From contig OZ249436.1 in the NCBI GenBank assembly GCA_965235115.1, positions 44,642,001 through 44,706,000 of the forward strand: a stretch of 64,000 bases of DNA. Direction: 5' to 3'. The notes beneath the pieces are model-generated. The model had not been told where the DNA came from. It saw nothing but the letters and a program-made list of their open reading frames with translations, and made no database searches. The position numbers were made by a program, and so were the translations under genes. The stretch is from Laetmonice hystrix. Its lineage: Eukaryota. This document shows, one piece after another, positions 43,709-55,362 of this stretch (positions within the stretch are counted from its first letter, which is position 1; each line of letters starts with the position of its first letter).

Positions 43709-46700
43709 CTATAAGAGGCCTGTATTGTTCATGGTTGACGAGCTGGCCAGATGGAACGGGCATGGTCCTTCAGTCCACTGTAAACATAGACCCAGTCATT
43801 GGTATCCTCCATCGCTATCATTGTTACTATCATGCCTTAGTTGTCTAATGACAATCTCCACACTTGATGAGGCACCGTCCGCTGTATATATTCTCAGAAA
43901 CTTTAGGGGGGGGGGTTACTTTTAATCTTGTTGTCACAAGTTTGTTAAAATCAAAGGGAATTTTAGTTATTTTCTCTGCTAAAACTACGGAATTCAAGAG
44001 CTAAAGATAAGGAATTTGTTCTGGAGAGAGACATCATTAACTCGGTGAATGTTTCCTTACGTGTATGAGGGTGTGTTCTGCCTGCTGAGAAGACTGGAAG
44101 TGGTCCTTAAGCAGGGACTGAGAGAAACTGTCGTGGAGCCTGCGACCTTCTGCTTCACCCGCAGTGTTCCCACATAACCGGTACAGGTCTAAATACAGCA
44201 CAACCAAACTTAACATGCTACCAATGTAATATTACAAGATAATTCTCACTACGATACAATCAATAACAAGTATTAAAACAAAGATTAAAATCTGTGATAT
44301 GCTCTAAATAGTGGTATAGTGCACAACACTTATTATTAAAATTAGGATCAGAAAATGCCGAGTACATTGTAAAGGCCCGACCATTTTGCTGAGCCCCTTT
44401 TAAGACACAACTTAACAAATCTTACCTTTCAAGAGAGATGAAGCCCAGAGTTGTACAGTAACATCAGGAATTTTGCTGGCTAGCTGCATGGCTGGCGTCA
44501 CCATGTTTAGTGCTTCCTTTAATATCAAATATGAACTCATAAATACTTGCACGCTCCACAATTTCAAACATCACTGAAATGGACTGCTATGACTACGTGT
44601 TTAGAATGTCTCCAACAATTCAACACTAAGCCATGTGTGATCCAACTTTAAGCAACTTTCACAGGTGAGCTATCAAAACGTAAAACCCGACTGCTGGTAG
44701 ACATTACAAACATACCTGACTGTTTCCAAGTGACAGGAATATGTGACCGAGTAACACCAAAGAGCACGACGTCAGCCGATTTAGATCCTCAGCATTTGCC
44801 ATTTTTAATGTTTCTCTAAGATACCGTCTGAAGATAAATATAATCCACATGTATAACGTAGAGCAGTTTAGCAGGTTCTCAAAGCTGCCATGACCACTAT
44901 ATATGATATACAATGTATGCTAAAAACTTCTTTGTCGTGCAGAAGGAAGTTCAATGCATTGTCTATAAAAAAAACCATTGAAAACTAAAAGGTGAGCTGC
45001 ACTTGTATTACACATAAAAGCTTTTTCAACAGAAAAACTGGTACTATGATATTTGATATCATATTATCAAATTGACTGTCAATTACATACGCTCTTAAAA
45101 GATTCTCATGGTGTTAAGAATGCTCTCTTTAGCACTTACTTTGCTTCATGATATCTCGCCTGGAAGAATGACTGCAAACCTTTCACATAAAAAGCCGATG
45201 CTCGTAAACTGTGGAATCTGCAATCGAAAAAAAAATGAATAAAATAATTATAAAGATTTGACACAGAAATGATTCTCCTTTAAAAGTAATTCTTTGAGTG
45301 ACTCTCTCTGACGTTACCAAGCAACTTATAAATACTACAATTGAACGTAACAGTAATTATTATTTGTGATTTCAGCCCTAAATAAGATTTCAATTTCAGC
45401 TCAAGGTCATTATATGGACCTAAATCACTTAAGTTATCAAGGTATGCTCTATCCACTAAATAACAACTGACTACCTTGGAGCTTGTGATTCAGAATCCGA
45501 ATCCTCAGAGCTGGAAAATAAAGGGAAAGAATCTGGTCAAAACATTCTTCACTCAACATCCACAATCAACAAACTTAACAGATAATACACAACTTTCCAC
45601 AATAGAAGCAATTACTTATCTGCCCACAAGCCAGTATATGTCCCAGTTACTTCTAGCAGAACCAAACATATTTATAGTTCATGGTTAGAGCCCTTGCTAT
45701 CCCATTCCAGAGGGGCACAGCGCCCCGCCCCACCCTTGAAAATCCACCGTCCTGAATTTTTGGTAGAGTGGAAACAATATGTGGTGTATTCCATCAGACA
45801 TTTAAAATATGTACGTCATAACAATATAAATAATGACTATTGTGATCGGCCCTCTCCCAAACCCACCCCCTGGATTCCTGGGCTCCCTCGCTGCCTTTAC
45901 TTTCTCACCACCATGCCCCCGTCATATCCTAGCTCGGGGTCTGATGGTTATTTTTTTACCTTTTGCCTATCCTGTCTGGATCTATCCTTTCAAGAAGAAC
46001 CACCAAGTCTGCCTGTCGGTTAGTTCGCAGATAGACTATGGCTAAATTCAGGTTGATAAACGTGTAGAGGTCATGTTCTTTTCCCTTCGACAACCTCAAA
46101 ACCAACTGCAACCAAAAAAAGGTCATCGTTAGTTTATTGTTTTCACAACTGGCATGGACAGTCATTGCTCCAGTATCTAATTGTTTACGAATATTATAAT
46201 CAAAGAAACTGTTTTCAAATATTATATTATAACCAGAGGAACTATCAACTGTTGTTGTCGAGAGACTGAAGAAGTACTTACATTGAGTGCTGTGTTGAAC
46301 TGACCCTCAGCTGCCTCCATACAATTCATTGACATCGCATACAATCCCTGAAATAAATAGATACAATCTGTGAAGTTCTATATTAGAAACAAAGCTTGCA
46401 ATGATCACATGTTAGCAGAAGATTCCACGTATCTTAAGAGGATCCAGTAATAAAAGGTCAGACGCTGGAATCTTCATGACCTGTACTCTTTATCTTTGTC
46501 ATAATCTTTGAAAGTGTCTTGAGTTACAGACGTCCCTTAACGGACATTTATACCGACTGTTAGACCATCAAATGTTGACTATCACATGCTATTAGTGAGT
46601 CAGCATCTTTAAGACTAGGCATGTAAATCAAATTGGCAAACCTTGCAAACAACTCGTTCAATTTTAGATTCCAACCACACAATGACAAGTGTCCCACCGT

Positions 46701-49700
46701 GACCCTACTGAAACCATGAAACGTGAAGCACGTTACAAGGTACCGAAGTCTTACCAGTAATGTGTGTATACATTTGTCTTACCAGTAATGTGTGTATTTG
46801 TGCACCGTGTGTAGTAAATAACCTCGGTTGTTGTTGACATACACTGCAAGCTTGGAAAATCTGAAAAAAAGAGAGCAAATTAAGTACTATGATTTATCAT
46901 AAAATTATAATCATATGGAAGCTCAAACATACTAAATATCAAATATTAAAAGTTTGGATCTTGGACGGGTACCTACTACTGTTTTCTAAATACAACAAAC
47001 AGTAGCAAGATGGTGGTTTCCTTACCTCTTGTATAGCCATTGTTTTGTTTCCCATGATAAATCAAGTTTTCCTTACCTCTTGTATAGCCATTGTTTTGTT
47101 TCCCATGATAAGTCGAGTTTTCCTTACCTCTTGTATAGCCATTGTTTTTTTTTCCCATGATAAGTCGAGTTTTCCTTACCTCTTGTATAGCCATTGTTTT
47201 GTTTCCCATGATAAGTCGAGTTTTCCTTACCTCTTGTATAGCCATTGTTTTGTTTCCCATGATAAGTCGAGTTTTCCTTACCTCTTGTATAGCCATTGTT
47301 TTGTTTCCCATGATAAGTCGAGTTTTCCTTACCTCTTGTATAGCCATTGTTTTGTTGCCCATGATAAGTCGAGTTTTCCTTACCTCTTGTATAGCCATTG
47401 TTTTGTTTCCCATTATAAGTCGACACATGATGATATGTTCCAAGAGCATGAGTTGGAACTGATGCAGCAAGGGATGCGCATCGACCACTGTAACGTGAAA
47501 CATAAATATTGTTGTCACAACCAAAACTGTTTACAAGATCAATCATAATGTTTCATCATGAGTAAGAATAGCCAATACCTACGGGAATGAACTAGATGGT
47601 TTCACACGCAAACTTACTCTTTAGCTTCTCAATCTGCATGAGGGCTTTGTCTGTGTACTTTTGGGCCTTGTCCATATAACCTGCTTGCATTGAATGCATG
47701 ACTGTCACCTGCAACCAGAAGCCATGATTCAACTCTATAATACAGTGCTACCTTTGAACAGGATTTGGGCAACAAAATTAATGAAAAGATTTTGGAGCAG
47801 TTTGTAGCACGACTCATTTATGTCCTTTACTACATGTATCAGAAATTGGTCCATAAAAATTCAATCATGCAGTTTTTGTCTGCATGAAACTGTCAAAAGT
47901 AGCTGAATAGAAATGTTACTGGAAATAAATATAGTAAATATGGTACTTACCAAATACACTAAGACACACATATGCTCTTTAGGTAACCATTGGAACATAT
48001 CACCTGGGTTGTTGGATGCAGTTTGGATGGGTTCTGTAAGACACAAACAATTAAAACTTTATGCACAGAAACACAACAAAATAAAGTGTTGGGGAAGAAC
48101 CTTATCACAGGAACATTTGTAGACTTCTGTTCTATAATTTTCGAGCCCTGTTTCCAAATGAAACTCCTTAGAAAAACTAAAGCCAAATAGTTTACCATTG
48201 CACATGTTTGTTGTCATATAGAAGGCAAACCACTAACCATCATCTGTGTGTAGAGAGGTGATAGTTTGGATGCTCTGTTGAAGTTGTTTTAGTGCTGGTT
48301 TTACACTCTTCACCTGAGAGAAATAGGCAGGAAAATATGGAAGGCGTATTTATACACTCTGGTCTGATTTCAAGACCATACTATGACCTAGTATTTTTTT
48401 TAAGTCTGAATTTGTGAAAAGGCAGGTAAATTTTTTAATTCATAAATATCATTGGCACTCATGTTTGAAAAAAAAGCTAGGTCTTGGCATCATTGCCATA
48501 ATTTGCTTACCTGTCCAGCCATGAGGAAGTGGCAGACCTGAAGGATGAGAAAAAACACCTTCAAGGACTCTTTGTGTGCTGCCCCAGGTCCTAACGCTTC
48601 AATCTGTTGTCCTGCCGTCGACAGCACACTGTGAACTTCCACCAGTTTCTTATCAATAAGAAGAAGCTGAACAGAGAAAAGAAACAATCATGTTATAATC
48701 AGTTAGCATGAGATGAAAACAATGCAGAGAATACATGACATATCCTGACTGTTTGACCACAGGGGGATCTACGGTTTATCACTGGTGAGAATCACAAGAT
48801 TTACATGTTCATGTCCCAGTAAAAGCTTTAACACGAAAAGCCCTGACAACTTACCATTCCTCTGCTTAGCATGAAGAGTATTTTGGTGTATTCTGCCCGT
48901 TTAACCCCAGCATATTCGGCTCCAGCCCGCAACAAACCACACGCTGACATATAGTCACGCTCTTGTGCTAAAAGTTCCTGGAAATATTCAAAGAAACCCA
49001 ATGAACTGAAAGTGCTAGACCAGGATTGTTCACCCTGTACCCCACTGAATATCACTATAGTATTCTCAGCTCTACCCATGAAATTTACGTAAATTATAAC
49101 ATTTCATGATCCCAAACACAAACTTCACAAAGTCCAACCAATTTAAATTTACATGAATGTGCTTTACTATATATACGTGGGGGCTGATAGTCAATTTATA
49201 AATCACGAAGAACATTATTGAGACTACTCTATATTTGCGACAGCTCAGTATGTAAATATGTATGACTTACGGCTAACTGAAAGAGCAGTCTGCAGTGCCA
49301 GTATGGGGCTTGTTGTGAGATCTCAATGGCTTTACCCAGAATGCTCTTTGCTTCCTGTAAATGGCTCTACAAGCAAACATGGTAAAGATCAGTACATTCT
49401 TGCAACAACGAAGGTCACCTTCGAAAGAATTCTGCGACTTTTAATTTTACTCCATTCTGGATGTCTTTCATTATCACAAAAAAACCACAAAACTTTCTTC
49501 TTAACCAGCAAAACTGACTGAACTTTTAGGGAACCTGGAGCCATGGCCACTAACTGAGAACTCTTGTTTTGTGGCCAAAGCTTCTTCAACCCTTATTACA
49601 CAGGAAGGGTTATTTCCTGCCATCTTGGGGCAAGACATTATTTCTTCAAAAGAATATACAAAAATTTTAATTACATGAGAAGAAAGTGCAAGTGTCAGTT

Positions 49701-51905
49701 TTCAGATAACAAAAGAGAAAACAGTAGACTAAATATTGTTTTGTGACCAAAGCTTTTTTCAGTTTTTAGATCATAACAAAACAAAAATGGTGGACTCACC
49801 TCTTGGACAAGAAGCTGGCAGAGGATACTCCCAGATTCAAACTTGACCTCATCAAATGAAACAATCTTAGCACACAGTCAAAGAAAGTCTGTACAATTCT
49901 ACACTGGGTCAATTTTTGCCACACAACATGTAAAGTTTCTTCACAAAGTGTAATTTTCTTTGTTTCAAACAATCACAGCATGAATTCCATGATCACCCCT
50001 TTTGGTCATTCATATTGATGTGTATGACTTTGTAATGAAAAGAATAATTTTTTAGACCAGGAAAATTGATGCTAAAATGATGGTTTCCACATTTTCTATA
50101 AATCACATTCCCGACCCATTAACTCCTGAATCAATGATTATAAAAGTTGATCACCTTTATCACTGTTCCGGGTGTTCCCTCTTTGGGCCAAGAACATACC
50201 ATAAACGATCGTGTATATTGCACATTTTTTTACCCCCAAACTTTCCTCTGAATATTCAGTGTGTATTATGTATAATACACGAGTCTAAGCAAACACCATG
50301 GTTGGTTGGAACATCTCTACTAATGAAAAGTCGTACACAGATATTGGAGAGAAACATGATGGTCATCTTGATGAGCATGACCACTGATATTGAACATCAT
50401 ATTCAGGCCTTGTCACAAAAGAAAAACAATCATTCTAGACAATTTCTAGTGCTCCTTATTCTAGGTTTGGGAGCATGATAATTGTGCTTAGCAGAACACC
50501 TGCCTATAGAGAACGTCAACAGTCCTGATGTTTGCACTGTTGAACCAATGCTCTACACCCTTTGGTTGAACTTGACCTTCCTCGGACAAACATGCATTTG
50601 GCTCAATTTTGGTTATTATTTAAACACGTTTTTTTTGCTTAAAATTAAATGAAAGAATTGTGAGAGTGAATAGCTCTCCTGACACACTCAAGGAGCTTGA
50701 TAATCACTCGCCAGGAGTTTTCAAATGACAAGGCCTGCATTTGTTTGATCAACCTTCAGTCTCCCTGTTGAATGGATCTGAGGCTCAAGATAAACGTAGG
50801 CCAAGTATGATCAATGCATCAATTATAACATTCGTTAAAATGATTTGACAAGTTCAGGAAATGGCTGACTATCGCAAGTTGTCATTCCGAGTGCGCCCGC
50901 GCTCCATCGCGCTCAGTATTTTTTGCGATCCCGCGAGACTAACCGCGCTCTGTGAAAATGATCTGATGGTTTCGGGGACTATGATGGAGAGTGACAATAG
51001 CTCCTCATCATAAATCAACGAGAGCTATAAACAGCTCTCAACGAATTTACAGAAGTGAAAGTCTGCATATGACTGGAACACAAAATTTTAACTGATCCAC
51101 CCCGGAGAAATACCGGTACCTGAACTTGCAGCCCTGGGTTGACATAAATTTGATTTATTCTCATCGTTTCACATCATAAGATAACTCTACTTTAATAAGT
51201 AGTGCCACCAGCCTGACCAGGTATGCCTCACAAACACTGAACAAATCTGACAAACACTGAAACACCAAAATCAGTGTGGGTTCTCCCTAACTTTACCCCC
51301 CCCCCCCGACCCTAACTCGGAAGATTTACATGCCAAGTAAAGTTCTACTCAGCATTTTATTACTCTTGTTTACGGCGTTGGTTTCAGCAGTTCGGCGGAA
51401 CATGGCTGTCAATTACGGTGGTGCTATTGATTACACTGTACACAACGCTAGGCCTGCTGCCCGTCTACGGCTACCGACATCGTAATCGTTCAACGGCAAC
51501 CTCTCACAGATAACATTGTCATTGACCAGCAAAGGATACCGTTTGTGACAACGTCCACTGCAACACAAAAGCAAAAATGCATAGCGGTTATTCCAAGACC
51601 ACATTGAAACGCAAACGTCAAATGCATGGTATTTAAATTAGCAATCATATTTAGGATGCTGTTAGAATCAAACTTACCGCTTTCTCCAAGTGCGAACGGG
51701 CCAGGTCAGTGTTTTTGGTGTGAGTGTACAGCACTGTGCCTAACTGTAGATGAGTTCTCGCTTCGATCCGCGGCGGAGGCTTGAAGTTAAATATTGTCTG
51801 AAGACAGTGAATGCATAACTTGATGTTCGGAGGATTTGATGTGCGAAAATTCTCCGCTAACCCGAGCAAAGAAAGATACCACGAATCTGGATGTACCGAC
51901 GCCAT
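43709..51905 (-). CDS. MAU2: MAU2 / Scc4 cohesin loading factor, 602 aa, 18 coding exons: 51678-51905, 51540-51557, 49800-49865, 49271-49366, 48855-48977, 48511-48666, 48238-48313, 47951-48033, 47618-47708, 47384-47487, 46783-46860, 46282-46347, 45960-46105, 45140-45217, 44716-44827, 44426-44516, 44061-44188, 43709-43777
   Basis: The spliced translation follows animal MAU2 end to end: [199 protein letters not shown]. All junctions are GT-AG and exon lengths sum to 1809 nt (multiple of 3). Confidence 0.95.
46748..46797 (-). repeat. Two-copy duplication (28-bp period) of the MAU2 exon 11 end and its 5' splice site
   Basis: GTCTTACCAGTAATGTGTGTAT at 46748 and 46776; minus strand reads ATACACACATTACTG|GTAAGAC twice. 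Confidence 0.88.
47017..47423 (-). repeat. Minisatellite, 51-bp unit x8, copying the last ~40 nt of MAU2 exon 10 plus its 5' splice site
   Basis: Minus-strand unit TCGACTTATCATGGGAAACAAAACAATGGCTATACAAGAG|GTAAGGAAAAC; plus-strand CTTACC at 47021, 47072, 47123, 47175, 47226, 47277, 47328 and 47379. Confidence 0.95.
49866..51539 (-). other. U12-type (minor spliceosome) GT-AG intron, MAU2 intron 2
   Basis: 5' end GTATCCTTT (U12 consensus). 3' end TTTCTTTGACTGTGTGCTAAG carries a U12-like branch site about 12 nt from the AG and no pyrimidine tract. Confidence 0.85.
51540..51557 (-). CDS. MAU2: MAU2 18-nt microexon (WTLSQT)
   Basis: TTTTGTGTTGCAG|TGGACGTTGTCACAAACG|GTATCCTTT; supplies the six residues between LEKA and I..FDEVKFE. 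Confidence 0.9.
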
Positions 51906-51990
51906 TTTGCTTTCTTCCCGCTGGTGCTTTCCGCGAAGTAAATTTATACGCCGTGGCTACAGAAAAGCTCGCTTGTGATTGGTTAATAAT
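51895..51990 (-). promoter_or_regulatory. MAU2 proximal promoter / start region
   Basis: Start codon lies in CAAAATGGCG (YY1/Kozak-like), with CGGGAAG and GCGGAA (ETS/E2F-like) and a CCAAT box (~51978) just upstream. Confidence 0.45.
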
Positions 51991-52561
51991 TCTTGGACTA
52001 TTTTGGTACAGTTTGGGCCACACAACAGATTTTTAATTAGAATGACCCCATATCTGTATAAATAATAAATATTAAGGCACTTTCCTACAGGTTGTTCTCT
52101 ATGAAATACAAAATTATATTTTTTAGATTTTAGAAAGGGCAGGAGACGCTGCCCTGGACTAACATAGGCTCAGAGCAGACGAATGTTTGATTAATTTCCT
52201 TATGAACCCTATGTTACATCATAGAAATAGACTGTTTGGTCAGTCCTGCTGTATGGTTACACATTAGAACTTTAAACGTCTCGATCTAAACCCAGAGGTT
52301 GTGTTCTAGGGCCTAGACAATAAGTTAAAAACGTTTCAAATTATGCTTCCAGCACCAAGGCGAGAGAAGTGTGGGCAAAGCGCCCCCTGGGGCTAAAGCG
52401 CCCTCTTCCGACAGCGTGCATTCTCGAGGAGCACCGAGTGCCCTTTCCTACATCTTAATACCAGGAGCATAATGACAGCATCGTCGTGGTGAGTAGGCTA
52501 AAGCGACTATTTGAACCCTATTTTTGTAAAATTTTGACTTCAAAACTTACATTATGCGCAA

Positions 52562-52851
52562 AGGCGGATCCAGAGGGGGGGGGGGGGCCACAGGGGGCAC
52601 GTGCCCCCCCTTTAGCTTCACTATAATTAGGCCTATACACGCTATAGGCCTAGCCTTTTATTTTGAATTAATTTTAACACTGACGGTGTAGGCCCTATCT
52701 CAGGGAAACCCCGAGCTATGATGTAGGCCTATATAGGCTATACCTCTAAAACTCTAATTCAAGAGCATGAGCTTTAATTAGTAATGCAAACACTCATGAA
52801 TTGCTTTTCTGTGCCCCCCCCCCCTTTAGTGAAATCATGGATCCGCCAGTG
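52562..52851. mobile_element. Poly-G/C-containing TIR element (GGCGGATCC termini); related ends near 39220 and 60390
   Basis: GGCGGATCCAGAGGGGG..GGGGGCACGTGCCCCCC at the left and GTGCCCCCCCC..GGATCCGCCAGTG at the right. Confidence 0.6.
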
Positions 52852-54184
52852 ATATGTTTGATTAGATAAGCAACTCATTAACTCTATTGTAAAGAAAGTT
52901 TAAATTCATTGGCCAGTTATGGGACAAAACGACCCCATAATTTTTTTTGTCTAATTTCCCATTTCCCTCTTAGCCTAAAAGTTTGAAGATAGGGCCTTAA
53001 TAAAACCCCCCATTATAGGCTACATGTATCCAATATTAACACATCTATTTATCATAAAACTGTTATATACTACGTCATCCCTCAAACATTTAGAACAGAG
53101 GGCAATTAGAGGGGGCGTTTTGCCGCACCCTACTCCAAGCTATGGACCTATAGGCCTAGTAGATGTTAGGCCTCTACAGTAGGCCGAATTACTGAATGGG
53201 TTATTACCGTTAACAGGCGTGAGACATTTCCATTTCTTTCGATTTTTTTTTCTTTCTTAAAATGCCCCATTTTCATGCCTGGCTAACCATTTATCATTCA
53301 CAGAAATTGAATTTGTTTTTACCATTTGACACCAGATGGCACTCCGTTCCCATTGGCTCAACATTTCACGAAATCTTGCTCATTATTAATCTACAGCAGA
53401 GCATATACCTACACCAGAGTTTACATATAGCCATGAATAGGCCTAGGCGTAGGCCTAGGCATACGAAACGGGAGATCTGTGCGGCATTGATCCCTACGCC
53501 AGATAACTTGAACTCTGGACATCGAATGGAGTTCGGGTGGAGAATGAACATCAACTGGTGCATTCGCACTGCATGTCGGCCCGCCTGCAGTCTATCCTAC
53601 ACGTCGGTGTCCCCAGGATTTCCAAAGGACTTCAGCCCAGGGGGCACAGATATAGGCTACCAGAAGAAACATTACGAAAAAATGACAACTCAACTTCAAT
53701 ATGAGTCTCAAGTTGAAAAATCTAGGGGGTGGGGCAGAGGCGGCACCAGGTTGGTGCCGTGAGGGGGGGGGGGGGGTGCCAAGGGGGAGTAAAGGTTGTG
53801 AATGTTTGGTTTGAACCTTTCAAGCAGAAAAAAGAAAAACTAGGCCTACCTTCAACCCATCGCCCATGCGCCCATCGAGATCTCGTCTAGCCTAGGCATA
53901 TATAGGCCTATAATTGCTGAACGATGCTGCCACCTAGCATTTTCTAGAGACGTTACGCGCGACCAGAAGACGTCACGCCCGACGCTACACCCATTCGGAA
54001 AACCTCGGCATGGTAAGTGGATCAAAATGATTGTTTTGCCCCCTTTTGAGTAAGGTCTGAACCTAACACATTTATCTGAAAAAAGGAGAAACCTTGAAAA
54101 ACTACTAGATCATGGAATTAAAAATGTCATATAGGGCCTAGGCCTACCCCTATGTGGGGTAGGCTAACTAGGATGGATAGACAC

Positions 54185-54820
54185 GGGGCAGGATGGGACA
54201 TGACAGTATTTTCACCGATCCCCAACAGGGGGCGGCACGAGTGAGCTTCTTAATTATACATGCATGGCGTTACGGCCCCAGGACCTCGCCAACATAGGGA
54301 CCTATATAACGAAAATTCGCCCAGTCTGAGATGAGTCGTTAGTAATTTTCACATTTTTCCTTATAGCCGTCCCTTATGACGTAAGCCCAGGATCAAAATG
54401 TGCGACATTTTTATGCTTGAAAGCAAAACGTCGATCGATAATGAAACCCCGTCAACAACGGTGAACTGGTTACGTCAATCATGTATCTCTAGAATGACTT
54501 GATAGCATTTTGACGTTTCATAGAGTTAGTGTGACTCGTTATTAATTTATTTAGATCTATTTAATTTTACTAATTATATTCCCCGTGCTGTCCCATTATG
54601 CCCCATAGATTTTTGCTTGGAGCAGGATGGCTGCAGTAGAAACATTAATTAGGCCTAGATCTAAAGCCCTCCTATAATAAGATTAATTTCGCGTTACTGT
54701 TGCTGGTTTCAGAGTTTGGTGTCCTCTTATTCTTGGAGTAATAAACGTTGAATTTGAGACAAGTTTATAACTTTTATGACCTTTCGAAGTTAAGTGGCCC
54801 ATCCTGCCCCTAGTTCCCCT
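54185..54820. mobile_element. Degenerate TIR element with GGGGCAGGATGGG-CA terminal motifs
   Basis: GGGGCAGGATGGGACA (54185) vs TGGCCCATCCTGCCCC (~54795-54810); internal inverted copies near 54590 and 54620. Confidence 0.5.
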
Positions 54821-54923
54821 GCCCTTGAATTTGCAGAAATAGCCTAATTAGCCTAAATGTCGCGGTGCAGCTTGCTTTTCTTGGGTGGATAGTTCACGTG
54901 GTGGCTGTCAGAGTGGGGTAAGT

Positions 54924-55362
54924 ATGGGACAAGACGCCCCATTCTTAAACAGCATTAAACACTCAAAGGTTATGTGGGGCAAAACGTCCGCATCATGGGA
55001 CAAGACGCCCCATTCTTAAACAGCATTAAACACTCAAAGGTTATGTGGGGAAAAACGTCCGCATCATGGGACAAGACGCCCCGTTCTTAAACAGCATTAA
55101 ACACTCAAAGGTTATGTGGGGCAAAACGTCCGCATCATGGGACAAGACGCCCCATTCTTAAACAGCATTAAACACTCTAAGGTTATGTGGGGCAAAACGT
55201 CCGCATCATGGGACAAGACGCCCCATTCTTAAACAGCATTAAACACTCCAAGGTTATGTGGGGCAAGACGTCCGCATCATGGGACAAGACGCCCCATTCT
55301 TAAACAGCATTAAACACTCCAAGGTTATGTGGGGCAAGACGTCCGTATCATGGGACAAGACG
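54924..55362. repeat. Minisatellite, 71-bp unit, about 6 copies
   Basis: ATGGGACAAGACGCCCCATTCTTAAACAGCATTAAACACTCAAAGGTTATGTGGGGCAAAACGTCCGCATC repeated. Confidence 0.93.

Noticed and set aside
46976..47548. Repetitive 106-182 aa ORFs as a separate gene
   Set aside because: They are MAU2 exon 10 read through into the 51-bp array, or its alternative frames.
50430..50620. Possible intronic H/ACA snoRNA in the MAU2 U12 intron
   Set aside because: No convincing two-hairpin structure with H and ACA boxes could be established by eye.
53262..53762. 166-aa ORF upstream of MAU2 as a divergent gene
   Set aside because: No recognisable homology, and it includes TAGGCCTA runs typical of the non-coding DNA here.
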